In this document: one piece after another, positions 38,946 to 47,276 of the stretch | Layout: the number at the start of each line of letters is the position of its first letter | Position numbering within the stretch: position 1 is the first letter of the stretch | Origin: a virus | Reading direction: 5' to 3' (one strand) | IMG/VR virus record: IMGVR_UViG_3300009502_000034 | Span: 1-64,000 of that record | DNA: 64,000 nt | Position numbers and translations under genes: made by a program | Notes under the pieces: generated by a model | Databases searched by the model: none | Told to the model about the DNA's origin: nothing | Seen by the model: the letters and a program-made list of their open reading frames with translations, nothing else

Positions 38946-38964
38946 GCTTTTTAAAGGAGCTGAT

Positions 38965-39474
38965 ATGAACGTCAAAGTGAATCTCCGTGTGTATAAGAGA
39001 ACAGATGAACAGATCATTTTGTTCTGGAATAATGATATGCTGAACGACGATCAGACGGGCTCCGTCAAGATTTATCTCATAGATAAGTCAGAGGAATCCG
39101 AAGATCCTAGTCCAAAAGACGTTAAGGATATGAAGGAAATAAAGTTTCTTAGCGCAGATGCAAACAAGCTTAAGGATTTGGGCACAGCCAAGAACGTTTC
39201 AATAGCTGTTATAGATCAGGCTGAAAATGGTATAGACTCGAGCAGAAGCGTACTTATTAGATTGGAGCTAGGTGTTGCTAGCAAGATAACATCTTTCCTG
39301 AGAATCTCTCCTGCCGGGGTATTGCCCATGTTTGAGAGGGATTCAAAAAATCAGCATGTTCAGTTATTTGGCTTTTGCAAGGAGAAGAACATGTGGGGGA
39401 AGGTGCCTCTTGTTAAAACAAAATCTGGCCAATACGCAATCCCTATGGTGATTATAGAAGACCAGACTAAATAA
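38965..39474 (+). CDS. hypothetical protein
   Basis: AAGGAG RBS. Confidence 0.7.
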   Translation: MNVKVNLRVYKRTDEQIILFWNNDMLNDDQTGSVKIYLIDKSEESEDPSPKDVKDMKEIKFLSADANKLKDLGTAKNVSIAVIDQAENGIDSSRSVLIRLELGVASKITSFLRISPAGVLPMFERDSKNQHVQLFGFCKEKNMWGKVPLVKTKSGQYAIPMVIIEDQTK

Positions 39475-39486
39475 AATGGAGAGGCT

Positions 39487-40221
39487 ATGAGTATTTCGAT
39501 TTTTTGGGACATACCTGTTGCTATTATTAACACTCAGAATTTCGACAAAGTTAATATTTATAAAAGCACTGGAGAAAATTCAGATTACTCTCTATTGGTG
39601 CAAATCGATTCAAAGACGGCTGGTGCTTGGGTTAGGTCTTATACAGACATTTCCCCAGACGCTAGCCGCTCTCTTTTCTATCTCATAAAGTTTTTTGATT
39701 CAGTGGCTAATGTTGAGACACAATTTTATTTAACATTCTTCCCATTGACGCCGAAAGAGTTAAGATTAACGTCTTGGCTTCGTGGCTGGCTTCCATCAAT
39801 TATGCTTCAAAATACGACCGATGAAACGTTGCGTGTAGCTTTAACAATGGCGGTACACAATTTTAACGTCTATCCCCCGGAAACTAGATTCACCATAGAT
39901 AATTTTCCAGAAGAGTATCTTGGGTTGTTAATCATGCAGGCACAGATAACGTTCTGTATGTATTCATATATTGGCATAGGTATTAAAGATTTTAGTTATG
40001 GAGATCAGGGCCTGTCTCTAACAATAGACAGGGGCGAGAAGATACGCAGTGCAATGGAAGACGTTTTAAAAGTTTACAACGAACTTCTTAGCATATCTAA
40101 GCTTAATTTTATGAGCATGGGCATTGGAATGGGCACGACACAACTTCCTGTTTCGCTCGGCGGAAACCTCGGTAGAAATACACTTTCTGTGCTGGATATC
40201 TTCCAAAGCCTTGGTAGGTAA
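39487..40221 (+). CDS. putative head-tail adaptor (neck) protein
   Basis: FN..PP.T.FT and FSYGDQGLSLTIDR motifs; downstream of capsid gene. Confidence 0.6.
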   Translation: MSISIFWDIPVAIINTQNFDKVNIYKSTGENSDYSLLVQIDSKTAGAWVRSYTDISPDASRSLFYLIKFFDSVANVETQFYLTFFPLTPKELRLTSWLRGWLPSIMLQNTTDETLRVALTMAVHNFNVYPPETRFTIDNFPEEYLGLLIMQAQITFCMYSYIGIGIKDFSYGDQGLSLTIDRGEKIRSAMEDVLKVYNELLSISKLNFMSMGIGMGTTQLPVSLGGNLGRNTLSVLDIFQSLGR

Positions 40222-40299
40222 AGGGGTTTTATCGAGATAATGGATGGTACATATAAACAAAAGATAAATAAATTTATCTTCCAAAACTAGGAGACCAAT

Positions 40300-40551
40300 A
40301 TGAAATGGATAAAAAAGGCAGCACTGAGTGAGCAGGATATAGATGCAATGATTGCCAGCCTTACTGATATTAAGGTTGCAGCGTCAGGCGTGTATTCTAA
40401 ATTGACAGGACTTGGCGGCGTAGAAATAGGTCTTGCCAGACAATTTGTGTCTGATGCGTCTGTTAAACTTGACGGACTCATACAAAAACTTCAGGCGCAA
40501 AAAGTGCCTGTGCAACTTGAGCTACCACTAGATTCAAATAAGCCACAATAA
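40300..40551 (+). CDS. small putative head protein
   Basis: begins MKWIKKAA; contains QLELPLD. Confidence 0.6.
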   Translation: MKWIKKAALSEQDIDAMIASLTDIKVAASGVYSKLTGLGGVEIGLARQFVSDASVKLDGLIQKLQAQKVPVQLELPLDSNKPQ

Positions 40552-40562
40552 AGGAGACTAAT

Positions 40563-40859
40563 ATGGCAGATATCAATGAGTTAGAAAAGAGACTTGCGAA
40601 GCTGGAAGAGGGCTTTAATAAGCTCGCATCTATAATTATACAAGCGTCTGAGGAAAAGAAGGCTTCGTCAGACGTTATTCCACCTCACGTAGCTCTTGCT
40701 GGTGAGGGAGCCTCTGCTGGTTACCTGGCTTCAAATTATAACGGTGATGATGATGCTATGGAACTTGGCATGCTTATGGCCGGTGCAGATGCTGAACACG
40801 CTGCTAAAATAGAGCGTCAAGCTTCCCTGTTTAAAAATTCTGTTAAGGAACAGGAGTAA
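40563..40859 (+). CDS. hypothetical protein
   Basis: AAGGAG RBS. Confidence 0.65.
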   Translation: MADINELEKRLAKLEEGFNKLASIIIQASEEKKASSDVIPPHVALAGEGASAGYLASNYNGDDDAMELGMLMAGADAEHAAKIERQASLFKNSVKEQE

Positions 40860-41629
40860 TGAATTTTATCGGCGGGTTTAATAAGGTTGCTGATACGCCC
40901 GACGATAGGACTTGGGAGACTTTTAAGGGGATAGAAAGACTCAACAAGGAAATTAAAAAGATTTTGGCTGAAGCCATAGTGCAATTAGAATCCGGCAAAC
41001 ATAAATATAGTTCAAACTCAGAGCATATTATAGAAGAAATAGATGGCGCCGGAGATTTATCATATAATACAGTACACATAGACGCCGACGGTTCTGATTG
41101 TGATAGATGTTCTTCAGCAGCTGGCACAGATGAGCCCTTAGAGAATTATACGCATAAGGCTAGTAATATGGTGGCCACTGACTCAAAAGGGCACAAAGAA
41201 CAGCTAGATGAGCCTGCACCGCTGTATATAAGAACTCACCCAGGATGTAAACACGATATTATAGTGTTTAATGACGGTGAATATCGTGAGGTATTTGAGG
41301 ATATTATCTTTGATTTCTCCGGTAAAAATATAGGTACCGGTGACGCAAAAGCAATAGTTGATGCACTTATAGAAAAAATTAATAGCGGAGAAAAGGCCCC
41401 AGTTGTGCCAGATGAATCAGATGAATCAGATGAATCAGATGAGGTGGTTGAAGAAGGGGATGGGTCTGAAGAGGAAGAGAAAAACGAAGAAGAGTCTGAA
41501 GAAGAAATCCCTGGGATCTCTCAGGATTTTGAAGACGTTAACACAATGCCATCGATAGCTGATGTAGGCAAGAAGACCACGGAAATATTAAATAAGAAAG
41601 TAAAGTCTTGGCTCATAGGAAAATTATAA
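40859..41629 (+). CDS. hypothetical protein with MuF-like CxxC...HPGC motif and acidic tail
   Basis: CDRC...THPGCKH; GATGAATCA x3 repeat. Confidence 0.5.
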   Translation: MNFIGGFNKVADTPDDRTWETFKGIERLNKEIKKILAEAIVQLESGKHKYSSNSEHIIEEIDGAGDLSYNTVHIDADGSDCDRCSSAAGTDEPLENYTHKASNMVATDSKGHKEQLDEPAPLYIRTHPGCKHDIIVFNDGEYREVFEDIIFDFSGKNIGTGDAKAIVDALIEKINSGEKAPVVPDESDESDESDEVVEEGDGSEEEEKNEEESEEEIPGISQDFEDVNTMPSIADVGKKTTEILNKKVKSWLIGKL

Positions 41630-43182
41630 TGGATGAATTAGATTACTTTAAGGGTGGTAAACCGAATATAGCTGATAATCCAGAGATGGATCACGGGTCG
41701 CAAAAGAGCTTAGACAGGATGGACGTGGGCCCAATAGCTAATTATTTTGCTAAGATATATGGTGTTCATCGTGCCGACTTTGACAAAATATTTAAGGGGT
41801 TGTCAGAAGAGGAATATCATTATTATGCTAAGTTAGTTAAACAAGCACCTAAAGAGGAGCCAGATGTAGAGGTTAAGGCGCCCGCAAAAATTGAACATAA
41901 AGAACCATCAAATATTATAGAGATGAGTCAACCCAATAAGGAACTAAATTCTCCAGAAGGAATAGTAGATAGAAGTAAATCTGTTCAAAATACAGAGGAT
42001 AATTTTACTAAGGAAAGAGGTCCGATAAATAACCCGCAGCCTGAGGTTCTTAAACAAGAGACGTTCAACCCGGGCCCAGAGTTAAAAGCTGCTGCCTCTA
42101 TAGGCAATCAAGGAGATACAAATATGAAACGCATTGTTTATGCAAGTCTAGGTGAATGCAAGGTTACGGATTTAAAGAAGGGTGATTATTTTGCATTTTT
42201 AGACAATCCTACGATCTATAAAATAACCGCCGCTGAAGACGGCGTCACCAAGGTCAGTGATGCTTACGGCGGGGATTACGCTTTTGCTAATGAAGAACTT
42301 GGCGAAGAGCGTATGGAAAAACTTCAACCAACTGAGCCTGATAAAATAGTTTTCGCCCCACTAGACCCAGTAACTAGCGTTGAAGATAATGCTAAGCAGG
42401 GTTACGTGATTTATGTAGATGCGGAAGAGCCTGATAGTTATATAGTAACTTGGGACACCGATGGCGAAAATATAGAGGAAGTGTCAGGGGAAGATATAGT
42501 TAAATTAGACACGGAAATAGATGAAAAATTAATTAAGAAGTTGCAGGGTATAAAAGAAGAATACGAGAAGACGCTGTTAGAGGTTGATGCAGAGATGGAC
42601 TCAGATTCAGAAAAAGCTGTTGCCCTGGCTGCTTCAGAAAGATCTGCAGAGGTTGCTGAGTTTAGCAGGTATGTTACAGAGCATGTTGCCTTGTCAGATT
42701 TAGTCGCCAATATGGAAAGCGACATGAGTATTCAGGACGTTAAGGATTTAAAGGGTACGGCAGAAAGTTATGTGCCAGAAGTATTAGCCAGGATTGCCGG
42801 GCTAGATTTAGAGAACAATGAAGGCGTTTATATCAAGGGCGCTAGCGATGCTCTTACCAATGCTTTTTGGGCAGAAATAACCGCCCGCCCAGCAGGGCCT
42901 AAAATGGAAGCAATATTGAAGACTGTGTCAGATGGTAAAAAACAGTGGCTTGCAGAAGAGGCCGTTAAACACGCTAAAAATATTATAGAGAGTCAATACG
43001 TGGCCACAGCAAGGCCAATCGGTAATACTTCGCCGGATAATCACTTATCTGGCGAGCCCTCGTCACCCAAACTATCACCAGAACAAGATGCTAGATATCA
43101 AGAACTTGGTGGTAAAATAAATAGAACCCCAGAGGAAGAAAGAGAGTTCCAGGGTTTATATGCAAAAACTATTCAGGAATAA
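41629..43182 (+). CDS. acidic hypothetical (putative virion) protein
   Basis: TAATG overlap; internal AAGGAG+ATG at 42124 in frame. Confidence 0.65.
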   Translation: MDELDYFKGGKPNIADNPEMDHGSQKSLDRMDVGPIANYFAKIYGVHRADFDKIFKGLSEEEYHYYAKLVKQAPKEEPDVEVKAPAKIEHKEPSNIIEMSQPNKELNSPEGIVDRSKSVQNTEDNFTKERGPINNPQPEVLKQETFNPGPELKAAASIGNQGDTNMKRIVYASLGECKVTDLKKGDYFAFLDNPTIYKITAAEDGVTKVSDAYGGDYAFANEELGEERMEKLQPTEPDKIVFAPLDPVTSVEDNAKQGYVIYVDAEEPDSYIVTWDTDGENIEEVSGEDIVKLDTEIDEKLIKKLQGIKEEYEKTLLEVDAEMDSDSEKAVALAASERSAEVAEFSRYVTEHVALSDLVANMESDMSIQDVKDLKGTAESYVPEVLARIAGLDLENNEGVYIKGASDALTNAFWAEITARPAGPKMEAILKTVSDGKKQWLAEEAVKHAKNIIESQYVATARPIGNTSPDNHLSGEPSSPKLSPEQDARYQELGGKINRTPEEEREFQGLYAKTIQE

Positions 43183-43201
43183 AATTTAAAGGAGATTAAA
43201 C

Positions 43202-43768
43202 ATGTCAGACATTCAAAACGTCACTCAAAGACAGGGGGCAACCCCAGCAGAATTAGTGGGTAGAGTGGTAGATTCAGTCACTGGGAAGGAAACTATAGTC
43301 CCTATTAAACTTCATAGTAATGGAGATGGTACGTGGTCTCTGGATATAGCTGCCACCATCGAAGGAGATGTTATAGTTGGTGCGGCCATGAATGTGAAGA
43401 ATGTTGCCGGAGCCACTATTAATCCAGCCACAGAAGACACATTATCATCTTTATGCGGCGTGGCTGTAACACCCATCTGTTCTGTGACGACAGCCTCCGG
43501 TGAGATAGTTCCAGCAACGCTTGCCAAGCAGATCAAAATAAAAAATCTCATAATTAATAATGCAGGGGCCTCAGATGTTACAGTTGGGCTTATTATTACC
43601 CAATCTTCCGCTCCTGTCACAATATATTCATTTTTGTATAAACCAGGGGTTATTTATCAACCAATCACTGCGCCTGATTTTATATTGTGCGACGTAAACA
43701 CTAATGTTGGTATAGCCCTTGACGCAACAGTAACGGTAAATTATCACATAGATTATACACTAGTTTAA
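43202..43768 (+). CDS. putative virion structural protein
   Basis: AAGGAG RBS; INPATEDTL motif; beta-rich C-terminus. Confidence 0.55.
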   Translation: MSDIQNVTQRQGATPAELVGRVVDSVTGKETIVPIKLHSNGDGTWSLDIAATIEGDVIVGAAMNVKNVAGATINPATEDTLSSLCGVAVTPICSVTTASGEIVPATLAKQIKIKNLIINNAGASDVTVGLIITQSSAPVTIYSFLYKPGVIYQPITAPDFILCDVNTNVGIALDATVTVNYHIDYTLV

Positions 43769-43779
43769 TAGGAGGTTTT

Positions 43780-43950
43780 ATGGCAGACGTAAATAATGTA
43801 ATTGTAATAAATTCTCAAATGAACAAGGCTGATGCACAGAGACTTTTGACAGCGCTTCAAAATGAAGTAGCCAATTGGGATACGATTAAAGCCAAGCAAT
43901 TAGCGGATATTCAAGCAAGAATAGTTGCGCTGCAAGCAGCGTTAGTGTAA
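43780..43950 (+). CDS. 56-aa helical protein upstream of radical SAM gene (not in ORF track)
   Basis: AGGAGG+ATG; MADVNNVIVINSQMNKADAQRLL...LQAALV*. Confidence 0.7.
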   Translation: MADVNNVIVINSQMNKADAQRLLTALQNEVANWDTIKAKQLADIQARIVALQAALV

Positions 43951-43972
43951 AGTCTTAACTATAGGAGCCGAA

Positions 43973-45139
43973 GTGAGACTAAATACAATTGATTTAATGC
44001 TTACAAATTCATGTAATTTAAGATGTGCTTTCTGTTATATAGGTCAGAATCAGCATGATATAATTTCACAAGAAGATGAGATCAAACGCAACATAGCAAC
44101 ATGTGAATGGGTTTTATCTCAATATCGTGTATCTATGTCAGAGGTTGACCCACAATATAGAATAATAAACTTTAATCTATATGGTGGTGAACCTACAATG
44201 GCATGGGAAAGTGTTAAAGCTTTAGTAGAATGGCGTAAAACTGTGTCAGATATAAATATTCAGATGGGCTTAGTTACTAACATGGTTTTAATGGATGAAG
44301 CTAAGATAGACTATTGTATAGCGAATAATGTAGGAATTCACCCATCTATAGACGGTTGTAAATCGGCCGAAGATATGTATAGGATAACTGCCGATGGAAG
44401 TACGGTATCTGATAAGGTATTTGCCAATGCTAAAGTTTTAACTAGTAAACTTAAAGGTCGTAGTTGCAGATCTACTATAGACCCTAAGACTGCTCCATTT
44501 ATGTTTGAATCTGTTAAATTTGTAACGCAAGAACTTGGTTTTACAACAGTAAACCAAGTATTGGCCGGTGGAGTAGATTGGAAAGACTCAGATATAGAAG
44601 TTGTCAAGACTCAATCTAGATTGATAACAGATTGGTGGTTAGATCAAATGCGTGTTGGAAAACATTATTCTTTATATTATATAAGGAATATGCTAACAGG
44701 CATTTGGAATCCAATTCGCAGAAGAGGATTATGTTCAAGCGGTGTTAGTCATGCTGCTATAGACACAGATGGTAATATTTATCCATGTCATAGATTTTGC
44801 GGAGGCACAACACCTCCTGAATATTTAATGGGTAATATCCATACTGGTGGAGTAGTAAATAAAGAATTAGAAGATAAATTAAAAAATTTTGATTTAGCCA
44901 AATACCATAAAGACAAATGTAGTGGATGTATAGCAGTTAATTCTTGTATGGCTTTGTGCTTACATGAGATGATGTTAAATGGAAGTATGTTTGAGCCTTT
45001 ACCTCATTATTGCAAACTGTGGCCGTTTTATTATGCAGAAGCAATGAGAGCACACGCAATAATGGACGCAGAGAGAAATCAGTTGTATTACCAAATCTAT
45101 CGTCCAAGACCTGCTCAAAATCAGGTTAGGAGAAACTAA
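43973..45139 (+). CDS. radical SAM/SPASM peptide/protein maturase
   Basis: CNLRCAFC (CX3CX2C); YGGEP; SIDG; SPASM CSSG..GNIYPCHRF..CSGC...CMALC...C. Confidence 0.93.
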   Translation: MRLNTIDLMLTNSCNLRCAFCYIGQNQHDIISQEDEIKRNIATCEWVLSQYRVSMSEVDPQYRIINFNLYGGEPTMAWESVKALVEWRKTVSDINIQMGLVTNMVLMDEAKIDYCIANNVGIHPSIDGCKSAEDMYRITADGSTVSDKVFANAKVLTSKLKGRSCRSTIDPKTAPFMFESVKFVTQELGFTTVNQVLAGGVDWKDSDIEVVKTQSRLITDWWLDQMRVGKHYSLYYIRNMLTGIWNPIRRRGLCSSGVSHAAIDTDGNIYPCHRFCGGTTPPEYLMGNIHTGGVVNKELEDKLKNFDLAKYHKDKCSGCIAVNSCMALCLHEMMLNGSMFEPLPHYCKLWPFYYAEAMRAHAIMDAERNQLYYQIYRPRPAQNQVRRN

Positions 45140-46419
45140 TGGCCTGTGTAACAAACGATTTAGTATATGGCGGACCTTGTAGTTATTGTGACCAAGGCCC
45201 CTGCATTTTCTGTGACCAAGGCCGTTGCTCTTCTTGCGACCAAGCCACCTGCTACTCTTGTGACCAAAGCACTTGCAGTGTTTGTGACCAAGGTAAATGC
45301 TCTGCTGGAGACAATGGCTGTTGTAATTATTTAGATGCAGGTAAGTGTAGTTTATCAGATTCTGGAATATGCTCTGGAAACGATTCTGGTAAATGTAGTA
45401 ATGGTGACCAAAATTTTTGTAGTAATTGTGACCAAGGACGTTGCTGGAATGGAGATGTAGGCCCTTGTGTTGGTTGGGACATCGGCCCCTGCTCGTATTG
45501 CGACCAAGCCTCTTGTTCTGTCTGCGACCAAGGCCCCTGCTCTTCTTGCGACCAAGCCCGTTGCTCTTCTTGTGACCAAGCTCGTTGTGCTGGCTGTGAC
45601 CAAGGCCCCTGCTCTTCTTGTGACCAAGCCGCTTGCCCACATTGTGACCAAGCCTCTTGTTCTGTCTGCGACCAATGGTCTCACTGCCCTAACGACATCG
45701 GCCCCTGCTCGTATTGTGACCAGGCTTCTTGCACAGGATGTGACCAAGGGAAATGTTCAGGTTGTGACCAGGCTTCTTGCACAGGATGTGACCAAGGGAA
45801 ATGTTCAGGTGGGGACCAGGCTTATTGCGTAGGATGTGACCAAGGGAAATGTTCAGGTTGTGACCAGGCTTCTTGCTCAAATTGTGACCAAGCTCGTTGT
45901 GCTTCGTGTGACCAAGGCCCCTGCTCTTCTTGCGATCAACGCTGGTGCTCTTCTTGCGACCAAGGCTATTGTGTTGGCTGTGACATCGGATATTGTATAA
46001 ACTGTGACCAAGGGAAATGTAGTGGTGTAGACCAAGGGAAATGTTCTGCTGGAGATATTGGGCCATGTAGAAATACTGATGCAGGTATTTGTTCTGCTTG
46101 TGATGAAGGACATTGTAGCAATGGAGATAATGGTTTATGTTTATTGTGTGATGATAGTCCATGTAAAATTAATGATATTACTGATTGGCCTTGCTCTCAA
46201 AATGATTCTGGAAAGTGTTCAAGTTGTGACCAAGGTTATTGTACAAACTGTGACCAAGGGAAATGTAGTGGTGAAGACCAAGGGAAATGTGCTGCTGGAG
46301 ATGTTGGACCTTGTACTAACTGCGACCAAGGTCCTTGCTTAGCAATGGATGTAGGCGGTTGTACGGCAAGCGACATGCCAGTTTATTTAATTATGACTAA
46401 TGTAAAAAAAAATAGATAA
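45139..46419 (+). CDS. Cys-rich octapeptide-repeat protein (50 CxxxD motifs), putative radical SAM substrate
   Basis: AGGAG RBS with TAATG overlap to the rSAM stop; strict 8-aa period. Confidence 0.85.
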   Translation: MACVTNDLVYGGPCSYCDQGPCIFCDQGRCSSCDQATCYSCDQSTCSVCDQGKCSAGDNGCCNYLDAGKCSLSDSGICSGNDSGKCSNGDQNFCSNCDQGRCWNGDVGPCVGWDIGPCSYCDQASCSVCDQGPCSSCDQARCSSCDQARCAGCDQGPCSSCDQAACPHCDQASCSVCDQWSHCPNDIGPCSYCDQASCTGCDQGKCSGCDQASCTGCDQGKCSGGDQAYCVGCDQGKCSGCDQASCSNCDQARCASCDQGPCSSCDQRWCSSCDQGYCVGCDIGYCINCDQGKCSGVDQGKCSAGDIGPCRNTDAGICSACDEGHCSNGDNGLCLLCDDSPCKINDITDWPCSQNDSGKCSSCDQGYCTNCDQGKCSGEDQGKCAAGDVGPCTNCDQGPCLAMDVGGCTASDMPVYLIMTNVKKNR

Positions 46420-46426
46420 TGGAGGC

Positions 46427-46762
46427 GTGATGAATTTTCTTGGCGCATCATATTTTTATATATCAGTTTTTAACATAATTGTGGGGTTGTATATGATGAT
46501 CTCATTTATGAGAAATTATTTTACTCTAAAAAATTTTTTAAACACGTCTAAAATTATTGATCGTAGACGTGGTGGTTTAATAATGTTGGAAATTATGATT
46601 TTGCTATCATTTTCCATTTGGTCTCACGGGACAATAGCAATCATTAATATGTTTGATAAGGTGTACAATTTTGGTCAATTTACACATGTGTTATGGTTTG
46701 TACCAGCCATAGCCATTATGATTGCTTTAATTAAAATGGTAACAATTTCTACAAAAGGATAA
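46427..46762 (+). CDS. 3-TM membrane protein
   Basis: three hydrophobic helices; GGAGG RBS. Confidence 0.6.
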   Translation: MMNFLGASYFYISVFNIIVGLYMMISFMRNYFTLKNFLNTSKIIDRRRGGLIMLEIMILLSFSIWSHGTIAIINMFDKVYNFGQFTHVLWFVPAIAIMIALIKMVTISTKG

Positions 46763-46764
46763 AT

Positions 46765-47070
46765 ATGCCTGGTAAAAACGACATAAGCGTATTGCTGTTA
46801 AACCAAATATCTACAATGGTCGCTGCCTCAAATGCATCTGCTGAGGAGACCAAAAAGGCTCTTATAGCTGTTAGGGATTTAACGGACAGACAAAACGTGT
46901 TGCTTGCAGAGATTTTGGCAGGGCAAAAACAATTCCAGTCTCTAACCGTGAGATATGGTGCGTATTTTGTTATAGTTCTTTTTCTTATTATAGCAGGATT
47001 ATTGATGGCCCTAAATGTGAAAGGCGCAGATACAATTTCCAATGTTATAGCTAAGGTGGTAACAAAATGA
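46765..47070 (+). CDS. coiled-coil + C-terminal TM protein (holin-like)
   Basis: architecture only. Confidence 0.45.
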   Translation: MPGKNDISVLLLNQISTMVAASNASAEETKKALIAVRDLTDRQNVLLAEILAGQKQFQSLTVRYGAYFVIVLFLIIAGLLMALNVKGADTISNVIAKVVTK

Positions 47071-47276
47071 TAAAGCAGTATAATCTAAAGAAGAGAGGGA
47101 AAAATATGACTAGCGTGGACATACAAAAGTTTGTAAATAGGGCCAACATAACTGTAAAAGCAATGAAAAAGAATACGGAGGAAATGGCAGGTATAAACGA
47201 CGACTTGCGTGAGGCCATATGCACAGTAGAACAACTATCCCAAGCGTTTACCGGGAAAATAAAGAATGGTAAATAA
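47067..47276 (+). CDS. hypothetical protein
   Basis: packed ORF; start may be 47106. Confidence 0.5.
   Translation: MIKQYNLKKRGKNMTSVDIQKFVNRANITVKAMKKNTEEMAGINDDLREAICTVEQLSQAFTGKIKNGK

Noticed and set aside
45190-46330. CRISPR array or DGR template/variable repeats
   Set aside because: The repeats are contiguous, codon-phased and vary at synonymous sites. There are no unique spacers, no adenine-specific variation, and no cas or reverse transcriptase gene in the window.
44999-46342. Alternative-frame and antisense ORFs over the repeat gene
   Set aside because: They are by-products of the 24-nt periodicity and have no RBS. The Cys frame has the RBS and the stop/start coupling.
45139-46419. 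Repeat protein as multiheme cytochrome, ferredoxin or metallothionein
   Set aside because: There is no CxxCH and no CxxCxxC spacing. The second Cys is absent in 19 of 50 units while the Asp is kept. Metal binding by spare Cys remains possible but does not explain the pattern.
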